DNA of 64,000 nucleotides from Methanomassiliicoccaceae archaeon (GTDB taxonomy: Archaea > Thermoplasmatota > Thermoplasmata > Methanomassiliicoccales > Methanomassiliicoccaceae). The position numbers and the translations under genes are program-made. Every line of letters begins with the position of its first letter. Position 1 is the first letter of the stretch. This document shows, in pieces, positions 39,562-48,716 of the stretch. Where the stretch lies: assembly GCA_040776945.1 (NCBI GenBank), contig JAXGZN010000001.1:352001-416000 (forward strand). Direction: 5' to 3'. The notes beneath the pieces were generated by a model. It was not told where the DNA came from and did not search any database. It was given only the letters and a program-made list of their open reading frames with translations.

Positions 39562-40683
39562 ATGGACTTTGACGGGCTCGAGGAGACGATGGCCGGTGGA
39601 TGGAGGCAGTTCATCAGCGATGGCGAGGGTCCCATCACCACGAACGACAACGCCTATGAGCTATGCGCCGAGCTCATTGACGGAGGGTCCGCCTTCTTCA
39701 AGGTGATCAGTAAGTACGATGACGTGCTGGCGGACATACTGCAGAGGCCGAACTATAAGGCTGGAGATACTCTGCGCCTCATACTTCCGTTCCTCAAGGC
39801 ATATGGTGCGACAGACACATGGCTTCTCGAGTTCTCAAGGAAGAACATAGTGACGGTGCCTGGAGCCAGGAAGACCATGCGCTTTGTCCAGGAGTTCATG
39901 ACTCCTTTCATAGTGGCCACCTCGTACGAGCACTACATGAGCGCGGTGTGCGACGCCATCGGCTTCCCGCTGGAGAACACCTATAGCACCGCTTTGGAAC
40001 TGGACTCGGTGAAGATGGAGACGTGGGAGGCCGATCTGCTGAAGCGCTGCGCACACGAGATAGCCAGGATGGGCGAGATCAAGGTGCCCGATGGAGCGAG
40101 GAACATCGATGATCTCAAGGCACGGGACCGTGATCTCATCGCGCGCCTTGATGAGATATTCTGGGAAGAGCTTACCGACCTTGCTTCATACCAGCTGGTC
40201 CTTGACGTTAACCCCGTAGGGGGAGAGGAGAAGGCATCGGCGGTACTGGACATCCGCCGGAGGACGGGGATAGGTCTTGAGGACACCGCCTACGTGGGCG
40301 ACTCGATAACTGACGTTCAGGCGTTCCAACTGGTGCGTGAAGGCGGAGGCCTCACGCTGTCATTCAACGGCAACGAGTATGCGCTGCGGGAGGCGGAGTT
40401 CGCGGTAATCTCTGACAATACCGTGATAACCTCGGTGCTGGCCGAGGCCTTCCACAAGGCCGGTATGGAAGGCATCTGCTCCTTGGTCGATGACTGGAAC
40501 CTCGACGGGCTAAGATCCTCTGGATTAGTTAACTCATACCTGATGAGGGAGTTCGAGAGGACCTATCCGGAGAAGCTGCCTACGGTAGCGAGGATAACCC
40601 CTCATAACATGAAGTCGCTTACCAGACAGAGCCTGGCCTTCCGTCGCTCGGTGCGAGGGGAGACCATCGGAGCCCTTGGATGA
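39562..40683 (+). CDS. HAD-superfamily hydrolase similar to 'energy-converting hydrogenase A subunit R' (EhaR)
   Basis: FISDGEGPITTNDNAYEL, Y.AGDTL.LI.PFL, ATSY, YVGDSITD, SFNGN.YA. Confidence 0.78.
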   Translation: MDFDGLEETMAGGWRQFISDGEGPITTNDNAYELCAELIDGGSAFFKVISKYDDVLADILQRPNYKAGDTLRLILPFLKAYGATDTWLLEFSRKNIVTVPGARKTMRFVQEFMTPFIVATSYEHYMSAVCDAIGFPLENTYSTALELDSVKMETWEADLLKRCAHEIARMGEIKVPDGARNIDDLKARDRDLIARLDEIFWEELTDLASYQLVLDVNPVGGEEKASAVLDIRRRTGIGLEDTAYVGDSITDVQAFQLVREGGGLTLSFNGNEYALREAEFAVISDNTVITSVLAEAFHKAGMEGICSLVDDWNLDGLRSSGLVNSYLMREFERTYPEKLPTVARITPHNMKSLTRQSLAFRRSVRGETIGALG

Positions 40684-41070
40684 TCATAGGGCGCGGTCGA
40701 TGGCGTCGGTCATCATTTTTGCGAAACTTATCCATTCTTCCTCTTTGATGTCCGGGAACATGAACTTGGCACAGCTCTCGCACTTCCCCAGTTCTCGTTC
40801 CACCGCGTCGTCGAGAACGACGCTTACCTTGGGTACCATCCCCGCCCTCTTAAGTATGAGCTCAGAGCACCGGTTGCGGCAACCGCTTACTGCCACCAGA
40901 TGTTCCGGGTCTCCTCCGCTCATCCTTACCAGGATGGGCGATGCAGCTACGGTGCAAGCACTTATCTGAATGATGCGCTCGAAGTTCTCCCTTGCGAACT
41001 TCTCTACTGCCTTTTCGATTATGAGGGAGCGCTCGCCGTTCGCCCCGCAGACGACCACCATCACCCTCAT
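40684..41070 (-). CDS. DGC-domain putative zinc-binding protein
   Basis: VVCG...AC...VAVSGCRNRC plus CESC. Confidence 0.7.
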   Translation of the reverse strand: MRVMVVVCGANGERSLIIEKAVEKFARENFERIIQISACTVAASPILVRMSGGDPEHLVAVSGCRNRCSELILKRAGMVPKVSVVLDDAVERELGKCESCAKFMFPDIKEEEWISFAKMMTDAIDRAL

Positions 41071-41417
41071 GCGCCCATCTCCTGCAAGCTGGCAAGTATC
41101 TTGTTCTCGGCCGCCGAGACCGAGCGCTCATCAACTACGGCTGTCTTGTCGATTATCACCGTCTTCATAGGGATGAGTCCATGCATCATTAGTGTCTGCG
41201 TACCACAACATCCGTCACATCCCTCTACGACGATGGTGCGATTTGGGTCAAGGGACCTCAGTTCCTCGATGTACTTGTTAAGGCCAGCTCCCGCCGGGCA
41301 GGGCGTGTGGACCCGGATGTCCTTCTTCTCCGACACCCGCCGCAGTGCCTGGCGGACCACTCTGGCAGACGGAGAGAAACCTGCGCATATGAGAATATTG
41401 ATCGTTGCCACGCTCAT
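41067..41417 (-). CDS. DGC-domain putative zinc-binding protein
   Basis: ICAG...PCPAG...IVVEGCDGCC; 4-nt overlaps with both neighbours. Confidence 0.72.
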   Translation of the reverse strand: MSVATINILICAGFSPSARVVRQALRRVSEKKDIRVHTPCPAGAGLNKYIEELRSLDPNRTIVVEGCDGCCGTQTLMMHGLIPMKTVIIDKTAVVDERSVSAAENKILASLQEMGA

Positions 41418-43453
41418 CCCTCGAAGAACAGGCGGGGCTTGCCGACGCCGGTCACGGTGATAACTACCTCTAAGAGTATGCTTCCCCCCCAACCTCCGCT
41501 GAGCTTGGCCTCCTTTCGTTTTTCATCTATTATCACCTCAGCACTGTCGGCCCCAGAGGCAAGAGCCATCTCCTTGACCAGCCTGCCACCCTCCGCCTTG
41601 GCATACGCAATGGCATCGTCCATGTGCTCGAAGTCCCTCTTTTCCTGCATCCAATATAGAGTGCATGGAGGGTTCTCCATTTCTGCCAATCCTTTCTTTG
41701 GTCGTATGAGAAGATCTATGGATTCCATGACGTTGCCTGATATCGCCCCGGCAGCATTGCCTATCTCCGAGTTCTCGGGAAGCACCAGACTGGTCCCGAA
41801 TATCTTGGCCACCGTTGGGAGGTATGCTCCCACTGGTGCACCGATGCCTATGATCGGCTTGTTCAGCGCCAGATGGCAAGCGAAGTCCCGACGCCCGGTC
41901 CCTCGGACCATATTGTTCATAAGGGATGTCGCAACCTCGTCCAACTTGGCCTCTCCGACCTCCTCGAACACCAGTTTCCTCAGCACCTCGAAGGTGATCT
42001 TCTCGATGGCCGCTGTCTTTACAGAATCGATGAACTCGGTGACCGGTATCCCAAGAATCTCGGCCTGGACCTGTACTCCGAACTTGGAGGCTTCGGGGTC
42101 ATACTCGACGTAAGAGCCTTCGGCGTGCAGCATATCGGTCGGTGTGAGGCCGATGCGCTGTATGATGCCTAGACCCTCCATCTTCCTTAGGTTAAGTGAG
42201 AGCGGGTGCACGTTCAGGGCCTCCGCCAGCTCGTACAGCGACATGGGCTCCTCCTTTAAGAGGTCAAGAACCCTCCTTTGTTCTTCCCCGAGGTCGTGGC
42301 CGTTGGCCTCCCTGGAGAAGGTGAAGAACTCAGTAACCTGAGGGACGGTGTCAAGGTCCATGTAAGAGGGAGTCCATCGACCCTTGCTTCCGATGAGCGC
42401 TTGCAACTTGGGCCTAAGACTAGGGAAGCTGGAGGATGCAATGCATAGCGGCATTACCCTAAGGGCGCTGATCTGTATCTTCCCGCTGGCGACCACCACT
42501 CGAGAGTCGCCTCCGATGCCGGAAGTGAAGATATCCACTGCCCTCACCCTTGTGCGCCATCCGCCCAGCATTGCTCCTTCAGCGTCAAGGCGGGGTCGCC
42601 CGCCCCTCAGGATGCCTATGTCGGTGGTCGTGCCTCCAACGTCGACGATAATAGCATCATCAAGGCTGGTCAGCGCCTTCGCGCCGATGATCGAGGCTGC
42701 CGGCCCTGAAAGGATTGTCTCGACCGGACGTTCCTTGGCCACAGATTCGTCCATGAGGGAACCGTCCCCTTTGACAATCATCAAAGGAGCTTTTATGCCA
42801 AGACGGTCTCGGACGTTCTTGATCGAAGCTATTAGATCTGTTATTATGGGTATCAGGCGAGCGTTTAGCACAGCGGTGATCGTCCGCTCATGGAAACCTA
42901 GGGCCGATGAGAGTTCGTGACCGCACACGACCGGGTAGGGAGCTAGCGACTTCACAAGCTCCCTGACTGCGATCTCATGCTCCGGGTTCCTGACGCTCAG
43001 ATAGCTAGATATGGCGAAGGCATCAACCTTGTCCTTCACAGAACACACGAACTCCCTAGCGCCATCCAGGTCCAGCTCGTTCTTCCTGACCCCTTCTAAG
43101 TTATGGCCCCCTCTCAGCTGGACGATCTCGTCCACTGGTATATTGGGAACAGCTTCATGTCCTATGACGATAAGCCCGACCCGGCAGCCCTTGCCTTCCA
43201 CCACCGAGTTGGTAGCGAGGGTCGAGGACACTGCCAATAGGCGCACCCTATCGAAGAGGGACTTGTCCAGAGCGGAGATGGCCTTGCCGATCCCGATAGT
43301 AAGGTTCTCACGAGTGGTCAGGGACTTTGCCTTGGTCAATACCGCACCGCTCGCCATGTTCAGGATAGCGGCGTCTGTATAGGTGCCGCCGGTATCGATC
43401 CCCAATCCCAGGTTGATCTCGCCTTCGTTGCTTGAAGCTTTCATTGTTCCCAC
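41414..43453 (-). CDS. Hydantoinase/oxoprolinase-family ATPase (MapA-like methyltransferase-activating protein)
   Basis: GIDTGGTYTD, STLATN, RNPEHE, ER..TAVLNA, SGPAAS, DVGGTTTD, GGDS, TPTD.LH, GNAAGA. Confidence 0.85.
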   Translation of the reverse strand: MGTMKASSNEGEINLGLGIDTGGTYTDAAILNMASGAVLTKAKSLTTRENLTIGIGKAISALDKSLFDRVRLLAVSSTLATNSVVEGKGCRVGLIVIGHEAVPNIPVDEIVQLRGGHNLEGVRKNELDLDGAREFVCSVKDKVDAFAISSYLSVRNPEHEIAVRELVKSLAPYPVVCGHELSSALGFHERTITAVLNARLIPIITDLIASIKNVRDRLGIKAPLMIVKGDGSLMDESVAKERPVETILSGPAASIIGAKALTSLDDAIIVDVGGTTTDIGILRGGRPRLDAEGAMLGGWRTRVRAVDIFTSGIGGDSRVVVASGKIQISALRVMPLCIASSSFPSLRPKLQALIGSKGRWTPSYMDLDTVPQVTEFFTFSREANGHDLGEEQRRVLDLLKEEPMSLYELAEALNVHPLSLNLRKMEGLGIIQRIGLTPTDMLHAEGSYVEYDPEASKFGVQVQAEILGIPVTEFIDSVKTAAIEKITFEVLRKLVFEEVGEAKLDEVATSLMNNMVRGTGRRDFACHLALNKPIIGIGAPVGAYLPTVAKIFGTSLVLPENSEIGNAAGAISGNVMESIDLLIRPKKGLAEMENPPCTLYWMQEKRDFEHMDDAIAYAKAEGGRLVKEMALASGADSAEVIIDEKRKEAKLSGGWGGSILLEVVITVTGVGKPRLFFEG

Positions 43454-43525
43454 GTCCGTCTGGTCCTCTCCTCTATCGGCTTAAGTTCTTGGACTAACGT
43501 ACCGGCCAAAGGCCGGCACTTCGCC

Positions 43526-45472
43526 CTATAGTTTGATCTTGGGCCTCCCCGTCGCCGTGGCGGTCAGGTCCACCCAGTTGGTGAACTTCATCTCTTGTCC
43601 ATATCCATCACAGAAGCGATGCTCGTCCACGTCAAGCTTGACCGATACATCGACAGCCCCGGTCCTCTTTATCCGCTCCTTGACAAAGTACTCGGCATAG
43701 GATTTTCCGGCCGCGAGCGCGGAGTCGTAGGTGGAATATTCCATGGGAGATGATCCTGGTCCGAACACTACGTACTTGAACTCCTTGGGAAAGATGCGAA
43801 CGGTCGCGGTCTCCGTCACCTGGCTCAGCACTGCGCCTACAGCGTTGCCCACATCATGGTTAGGAGGTATGATGACCGGACATCCCAGCCGGGCCTCCAA
43901 CGGCTTCACCATGACATCTACAGGAGCGCCAACGCCGACGATGGGCACTTTGGGCGTCGCTACGACCTTTAGGTCCTTCAGAATTCCCGATCCGGCGGTC
44001 GAGCGCAGCAGGAGGTCGAAGCCACTGGAATCCGGAATGTCGCCGCCCGCATCGATCAGCCCTTTTTTGACGATCTCCTCAGCGATACGAGTGATCGATA
44101 GCTCCATGATCATATCGGACAGCTTGCCAGGCTCGTCACCGTATTTTCCAGCGAAGACCCTGAGGGCGATCTCCGACGCTTCCTTGTTCCCCCCGGGGAA
44201 CATGCCCTTGACATGCATGATGTCAGTAGGTGTGAGCCCTGTCTGAAGTATGTACCCTCTATTGCGCAATGATTTCAATTGGTCTTCGACGAAGACCACG
44301 TCGTGGACGTTGTTGATCGCCTCGAAGAGCGTACAGTCGCCGCGCTCCCAAACGAACCGTAGAACGCTCTTCTCCTTCTCTGACAGGGCGGCGGTCTCCT
44401 TCCTCACCGGCATAAAGAAGGTGAGAGTGTTCTCCGACATCATCCGCTCCTTGATACCAGGACGTTCCTTTGTTGCTATTGCCAGGGGCAGCACCCGGTC
44501 CGGGCCGAGCCTGAGGTTGCCCTTATCGTCCATGCTTACGCTGGAATCACCGCCCAATCCAGCTGTCCAGATATCAATAGCACGGACCCTGGTCCTCCAC
44601 TTTCCGACCATGGACCCTTCCATGTTCAGCCTGGGGAACCCATCCTGGAGATATGCGATGTCCGTCGACGTTCCCCCTACATCGACCACAAGGCAGCTGT
44701 CTAGACCGGAGATGGCACGGCCGCCCATTAGACTTGCCGCCGGGCCGGAGAGCACGGTATCGACCGGACGCTCTTTAGCCACCGGCAGGCTCATCAGGCC
44801 GCCATCTCCCTTGAACACATATATAGATGCATCGATGCCCCTGGATATGAGGGAGCGCTCCATAGAGTCCAGGAAATCGTTGATCACAGGCAACAGTTTA
44901 GCATTGAGGACGGCGGTCACCGTGCGCTCGTAGATGCCAAGCTCCGCTGTCAGGTCGTGCCCCATGACCACGGGCAAGTTATACTTGGATTGAACCAGAC
45001 CTTTGGCCGAGGCCTCCTGGATGGGATTGGCCACACTGAACATTCCAGATATGACAACGGCGTCCATCTCGCGGCAGATGTCGTCAACGGCCTCCTCCAG
45101 GCCCTTCTCGTCGAGAGGTTCGATCATCTTGCCCATGGAATCGTAGCCGCCTCTGATGAATGCGGAGCGTTTGGCCTCAAAGGACCAGTCCGCCTGGGGG
45201 GTCCACCCTATCCCTATAAGGCCGACGTCCCCTCCCCTTCCCTGCAGAATAGCATTGGTGGCCAGAGTGGTGGAGAGACCGACCAATTTGATATCCCCTG
45301 GGTTGACCCCGTTGCCCTTCACCGCCGCGTCGATAGCGCCGATGATGCCTATGGAGAGGTCGTGATAGGTGGTGCGGGCCTTGGCCTTGACCAGCACTTT
45401 TTTTGTGTCCAGATCTACGATCGCGGCATCGGTGAACGTTCCACCGGTATCAACACCAAGTCCTAGTGTCAT
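43526..45472 (-). CDS. Hydantoinase/oxoprolinase-family ATPase (MapA-like), paralog of the downstream gene
   Basis: GVDTGGTFTD, STTLATN, SGPAAS, DVGGTSTD, GGDS, TPTDIMH, GNAVGA. Confidence 0.85.
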   Translation of the reverse strand: MTLGLGVDTGGTFTDAAIVDLDTKKVLVKAKARTTYHDLSIGIIGAIDAAVKGNGVNPGDIKLVGLSTTLATNAILQGRGGDVGLIGIGWTPQADWSFEAKRSAFIRGGYDSMGKMIEPLDEKGLEEAVDDICREMDAVVISGMFSVANPIQEASAKGLVQSKYNLPVVMGHDLTAELGIYERTVTAVLNAKLLPVINDFLDSMERSLISRGIDASIYVFKGDGGLMSLPVAKERPVDTVLSGPAASLMGGRAISGLDSCLVVDVGGTSTDIAYLQDGFPRLNMEGSMVGKWRTRVRAIDIWTAGLGGDSSVSMDDKGNLRLGPDRVLPLAIATKERPGIKERMMSENTLTFFMPVRKETAALSEKEKSVLRFVWERGDCTLFEAINNVHDVVFVEDQLKSLRNRGYILQTGLTPTDIMHVKGMFPGGNKEASEIALRVFAGKYGDEPGKLSDMIMELSITRIAEEIVKKGLIDAGGDIPDSSGFDLLLRSTAGSGILKDLKVVATPKVPIVGVGAPVDVMVKPLEARLGCPVIIPPNHDVGNAVGAVLSQVTETATVRIFPKEFKYVVFGPGSSPMEYSTYDSALAAGKSYAEYFVKERIKRTGAVDVSVKLDVDEHRFCDGYGQEMKFTNWVDLTATATGRPKIKL

Positions 45473-45565
45473 GATATGTCTTCCTTACAGCTACACTGGA
45501 ATAACTAAAAAGGGATTATGTTGGCCCCGAATAATTATGTCTAAAAAACGACAATCGAACGTAGA

Positions 45566-45588
45566 CCAATATTGGCGGCAATATTGGC
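45566..45588. promoter_or_regulatory. Tandem palindromic boxes in the divergent promoter (candidate operator)
   Basis: CCAATATTGG followed 12 nt later by CAATATTGGC. Confidence 0.45.
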
Positions 45589-45650
45589 TTGAACCGGACC
45601 TCGGTCCCAGAAAGGATAACTAAGGGTGTTTCCATCTAGGGCCTGTCCAC

Positions 45651-46283
45651 ATGATGGAAGCCGAGTTCTCCATCCGAGGGCTGTGTTTTTGGATCTCGGA
45701 TTTCGCCGCCGAGAGATCCTGCACAGTGACCATTACGGAGTGTATCCCCTGGAGGAAGAAAGGAGGGCAGGCCCTGTTCGAGATCAATGGACTGGAGGCC
45801 GATATTGAGAGTGCTATGAGCGACGTACGGGCAAGGCCGGAGATCGTAAGCCTGGAGGTCGTGGAATCTTCCGAGGGGCGAGTGGTCGGCTCGGTGGCAG
45901 TGCGTGAGCTCTGGATAATATGGGCCATCGTGGATTGTGGCTGCTTCCTTGAATCAGCCTGGTCTAGTGGGGACAACAAGGTGTATTTCAAGGTGCTATC
46001 GGGGAGCGAGGGTTCACTGCCCAATCTGATCAAGACCATATCGTCCCGCGGAGCAGATATCGAGATCAATCGCATTGCACGAGCGGTCGATCGTCCGGTG
46101 GTCACCCGGAAGCAGGAGAAGGTTCTGAGACTCGCGCTGGAGAGGGGTTTCTTTGATTTTCCTCGTAAGGTAACCCTGGAAGAACTGGCTCTGATGTCAG
46201 GGATGTCCACCTCAACGGTGGCCGAGACCATCAAACGGGGGGAGCGGAACATTCTCAAGAGCTTTTTCGAGAAGAGAAGATGA
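45651..46283 (+). CDS. Bacterio-opsin activator (HTH_10) family transcription regulator
   Basis: TRKQEKVLRLALERGFFDFPRKVTLEELA..GMS.ST..E.I.RGE. Confidence 0.9.
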   Translation: MMEAEFSIRGLCFWISDFAAERSCTVTITECIPWRKKGGQALFEINGLEADIESAMSDVRARPEIVSLEVVESSEGRVVGSVAVRELWIIWAIVDCGCFLESAWSSGDNKVYFKVLSGSEGSLPNLIKTISSRGADIEINRIARAVDRPVVTRKQEKVLRLALERGFFDFPRKVTLEELALMSGMSTSTVAETIKRGERNILKSFFEKRR

Positions 46284-46486
46284 GGGACGGGCAGAAAGAT
46301 CGATAGGCCGTAATGGCCCGCTGTCAGCGGGCCGCCCCGTATGACCCTCTTGTGTTCCCTGGTCGATCTGCCCGTCGAGCTCATTAAAGAGATCGGCGCT
46401 CAGATCATCTCGTTACAGCTAATATCTCTGATTAGAAACGAGCATTTGCTGACCAATACGAGGAGCCTGCTCATCTTGCCTAACGC

Positions 46487-46954
46487 TCATCCTCCATGGT
46501 GGGCCATGCCCTTCTCTGTTTCATAGTAGTCTTTGATTATTTCATAATTCAGTCCATGCTTTTTGAAGACCGTCTCGATTGCCTCAAGGCTTTGTTCCCT
46601 TACTTCTGGGTCCCAGATGCCGTGTACGATTACGTGCAAGGTAAGTTCAGCATCCTGGAAGGTCGCCTCATGACCAAAGTCGTGCGTTATGTTCGGCCCT
46701 TTGCCCAGATCGATGAGGCTAGCGGACATCGCGCCGTTCGAGGCCTTCAGGAAAGCCTTGACATGGCCGACCAGATCAGCGCCGTGGTCCATGCATCGCT
46801 TTGTGATCACTGAGAGGAGCTCCCCCAAAGCGGCGGCCGCCTCGTCACGGGTCATGGTTTTTGGAGCGTGGATCATCATGTGGGTGGCGAACTTGCCTAG
46901 TTCATCTGCCTCTCGATGCATCTCGATGTGTATGTCCTCGTCGATATCTCCCAT
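46487..46954 (-). CDS. His-rich hypothetical protein coupled to the CobW GTPase
   Basis: C..HGADLVGHVKAF, LHVIVHGI; starts 2 nt after cobW stop. Confidence 0.7.
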   Translation of the reverse strand: MGDIDEDIHIEMHREADELGKFATHMMIHAPKTMTRDEAAAALGELLSVITKRCMDHGADLVGHVKAFLKASNGAMSASLIDLGKGPNITHDFGHEATFQDAELTLHVIVHGIWDPEVREQSLEAIETVFKKHGLNYEIIKDYYETEKGMAHHGG

Positions 46955-46956
46955 GC

Positions 46957-47625
46957 TCAACCGCTCCCGTACTGCTGCCGTAGGAGTTCGCGCTCCACCG
47001 CTTCATCGTACCTCGATGATGACCTTTCCGCAATTATTTGGGCCACCTCCTTCACTCCCATTCCTTTATGGGTGGAGATCCTCATGATCTCACACTTAGG
47101 ATTGATCTCCTTGACCAGATCCTCCGAGCGTTTGATGCGCCCCTCGTCCGAGGCGTCGACCTTGTTGATTAGGCAGACATCCGCCTCCCGTATCTGAGTT
47201 ACCACGAGCCTGCGCACAGTGCCCAGTAATGCATCGATCCGTGTCGAGTCTACCAGTGTCAGAACAGGCGCGTGATCGATCGTCACTGGCACCTCGGCCT
47301 CGGAATACTCGGCCGCTCGCTTCAGACCCCATGGTATAGCAACGCCTGATGGTTCAACGATGACGATATCTGGATTAAAGCTCGTATAGAGCAGCGCTAG
47401 AGTATTGGCGAAATTGCCGGCGATCTCGCAGCATATGCATCCGCCGGACATTTCCCTGGCTTTGAGACCATAGGAATCTACGATCTTGAAATCGACATTG
47501 ATCTCGCCTACATCGTTGACCACGATTGCGATGCGCTTCCCCCTGGTCACCAGTTCTTTGGCGACCTCGATAAGCAGCGTGGTCTTGCCGCTGCCCAAAA
47601 AGCCTGCGATCTGTGCGATCTTCAT
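46957..47625 (-). CDS. CobW/COG0523 G3E GTPase metallochaperone
   Basis: GFLGSGKTT, VNDVGEINVD, GGCICC, VEPSG, NKVD. Confidence 0.9.
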   Translation of the reverse strand: MKIAQIAGFLGSGKTTLLIEVAKELVTRGKRIAIVVNDVGEINVDFKIVDSYGLKAREMSGGCICCEIAGNFANTLALLYTSFNPDIVIVEPSGVAIPWGLKRAAEYSEAEVPVTIDHAPVLTLVDSTRIDALLGTVRRLVVTQIREADVCLINKVDASDEGRIKRSEDLVKEINPKCEIMRISTHKGMGVKEVAQIIAERSSSRYDEAVERELLRQQYGSG

Positions 47626-47736
47626 GGCACCACTTTCTCGTGATATGGCCTACACAGTATAAAGATAGTTTGAGAAATCGACATTCTGGAAGGAAGGACC
47701 CATTATCAATAGAGAATTTGAACATGGAGATCATGT

Positions 47737-47770
47737 GGGCATGAACAATGATGCCTGGCATCATTTGCCC
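47737..47770. repeat. Inverted repeat upstream of cobW (operator or terminator)
   Basis: AATGATGCC-T-GGCATCATT (47747-47765) flanked by GGGCA...TGCCC. Confidence 0.55.
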
Positions 47771-47801
47771 GTGATCTTGGCCAGATGTTGGGCTTCTTTC
47801 A

Positions 47802-48608
47802 TTACGGGCCTCTTTCGCCGAAGAAACCCCTCAGGCAAGAATGAAGGAGGCCTTGTGATACTTCCTCGATGCCTCCGGGCGGCAGATCGCCTAGAACGAA
47901 CGGACCATACTCCACCCGGATAAGGCGCATCACCTTCAGCCCGAGGAAGGCCATGATGTTGCGTACCTCACGGTTCTTGCCCTCCCTGATAGAGACGATC
48001 AACCAATGGTCGTTCCCTTTTCCATCCCTCTCTATTTCAATATTTATGGGTCCATACCTGATGCCCGCAATGGTCACGCCTCCCTTGAGCGGTTCTAGTT
48101 TTTTGCGGTCCACGGTCCCCCTGACGCGCACCTTGTAGCGCCTTAACCAGGCATTCTGTGGCAGCTCAAGGTATCGCTCCAGTTCCCCATCGTTGGTGAG
48201 GAGCAGAAGCCCTTCGGTGTTGAAATCGAGGCGCCCGACGCTCATTACGCGCGGCATCCCGGAAGGTAATCTATCAAAAACGGTCGGGCGCCCCCCAGGG
48301 TCCCTCATCGCAGTTATCGTACCAGTCGGTTTATGATATCGCCATAATCGAGTTCTTTCAGCCCTCTGTAAAGGCCTCCCGTCGATCGTTATGACGTCCC
48401 CGTACATTACGTTCAGTACCGGCGATGTCAACACCGATCCGTTAACGGTGACGCGGCCATCCGCGATCATCCTCTCAGCGTCTCGGCGCGAGCAGACGCC
48501 AGCCCTAGCGATCACCTTGGCGACCCTCTCGCCCGCAGAGGAAGTTTTTTCTCCCGAGCTTACGGTCTCACACGAACAAGGCCCTTCCACATGATGGCGC
48601 ATTGACAT
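47802..48608 (-). CDS. rluB: Bacterial-type rRNA pseudouridine synthase (RsuA family, RluB-like)
   Basis: S4 domain AKVIARAGVCSRRDAE, YHKP.G, SVGRLDFNTEGLLLLTNDG, EGKNREVR, RLIRVEYGP. Confidence 0.88.
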   Translation of the reverse strand: MSMRHHVEGPCSCETVSSGEKTSSAGERVAKVIARAGVCSRRDAERMIADGRVTVNGSVLTSPVLNVMYGDVITIDGRPLQRAERTRLWRYHKPTGTITAMRDPGGRPTVFDRLPSGMPRVMSVGRLDFNTEGLLLLTNDGELERYLELPQNAWLRRYKVRVRGTVDRKKLEPLKGGVTIAGIRYGPINIEIERDGKGNDHWLIVSIREGKNREVRNIMAFLGLKVMRLIRVEYGPFVLGDLPPGGIEEVSQGLLHSCLRGFFGERGP

Positions 48609-48716
48609 GCCCTCGTAATATGCCTCCTATTGAGCATCCGCGACCGGTTTCATGAAACTAGTCCTGCTTTAAGGTTGCCGAAAAAGAGCGCATCGTTTAA
48701 GATATTTGAAAAAACG

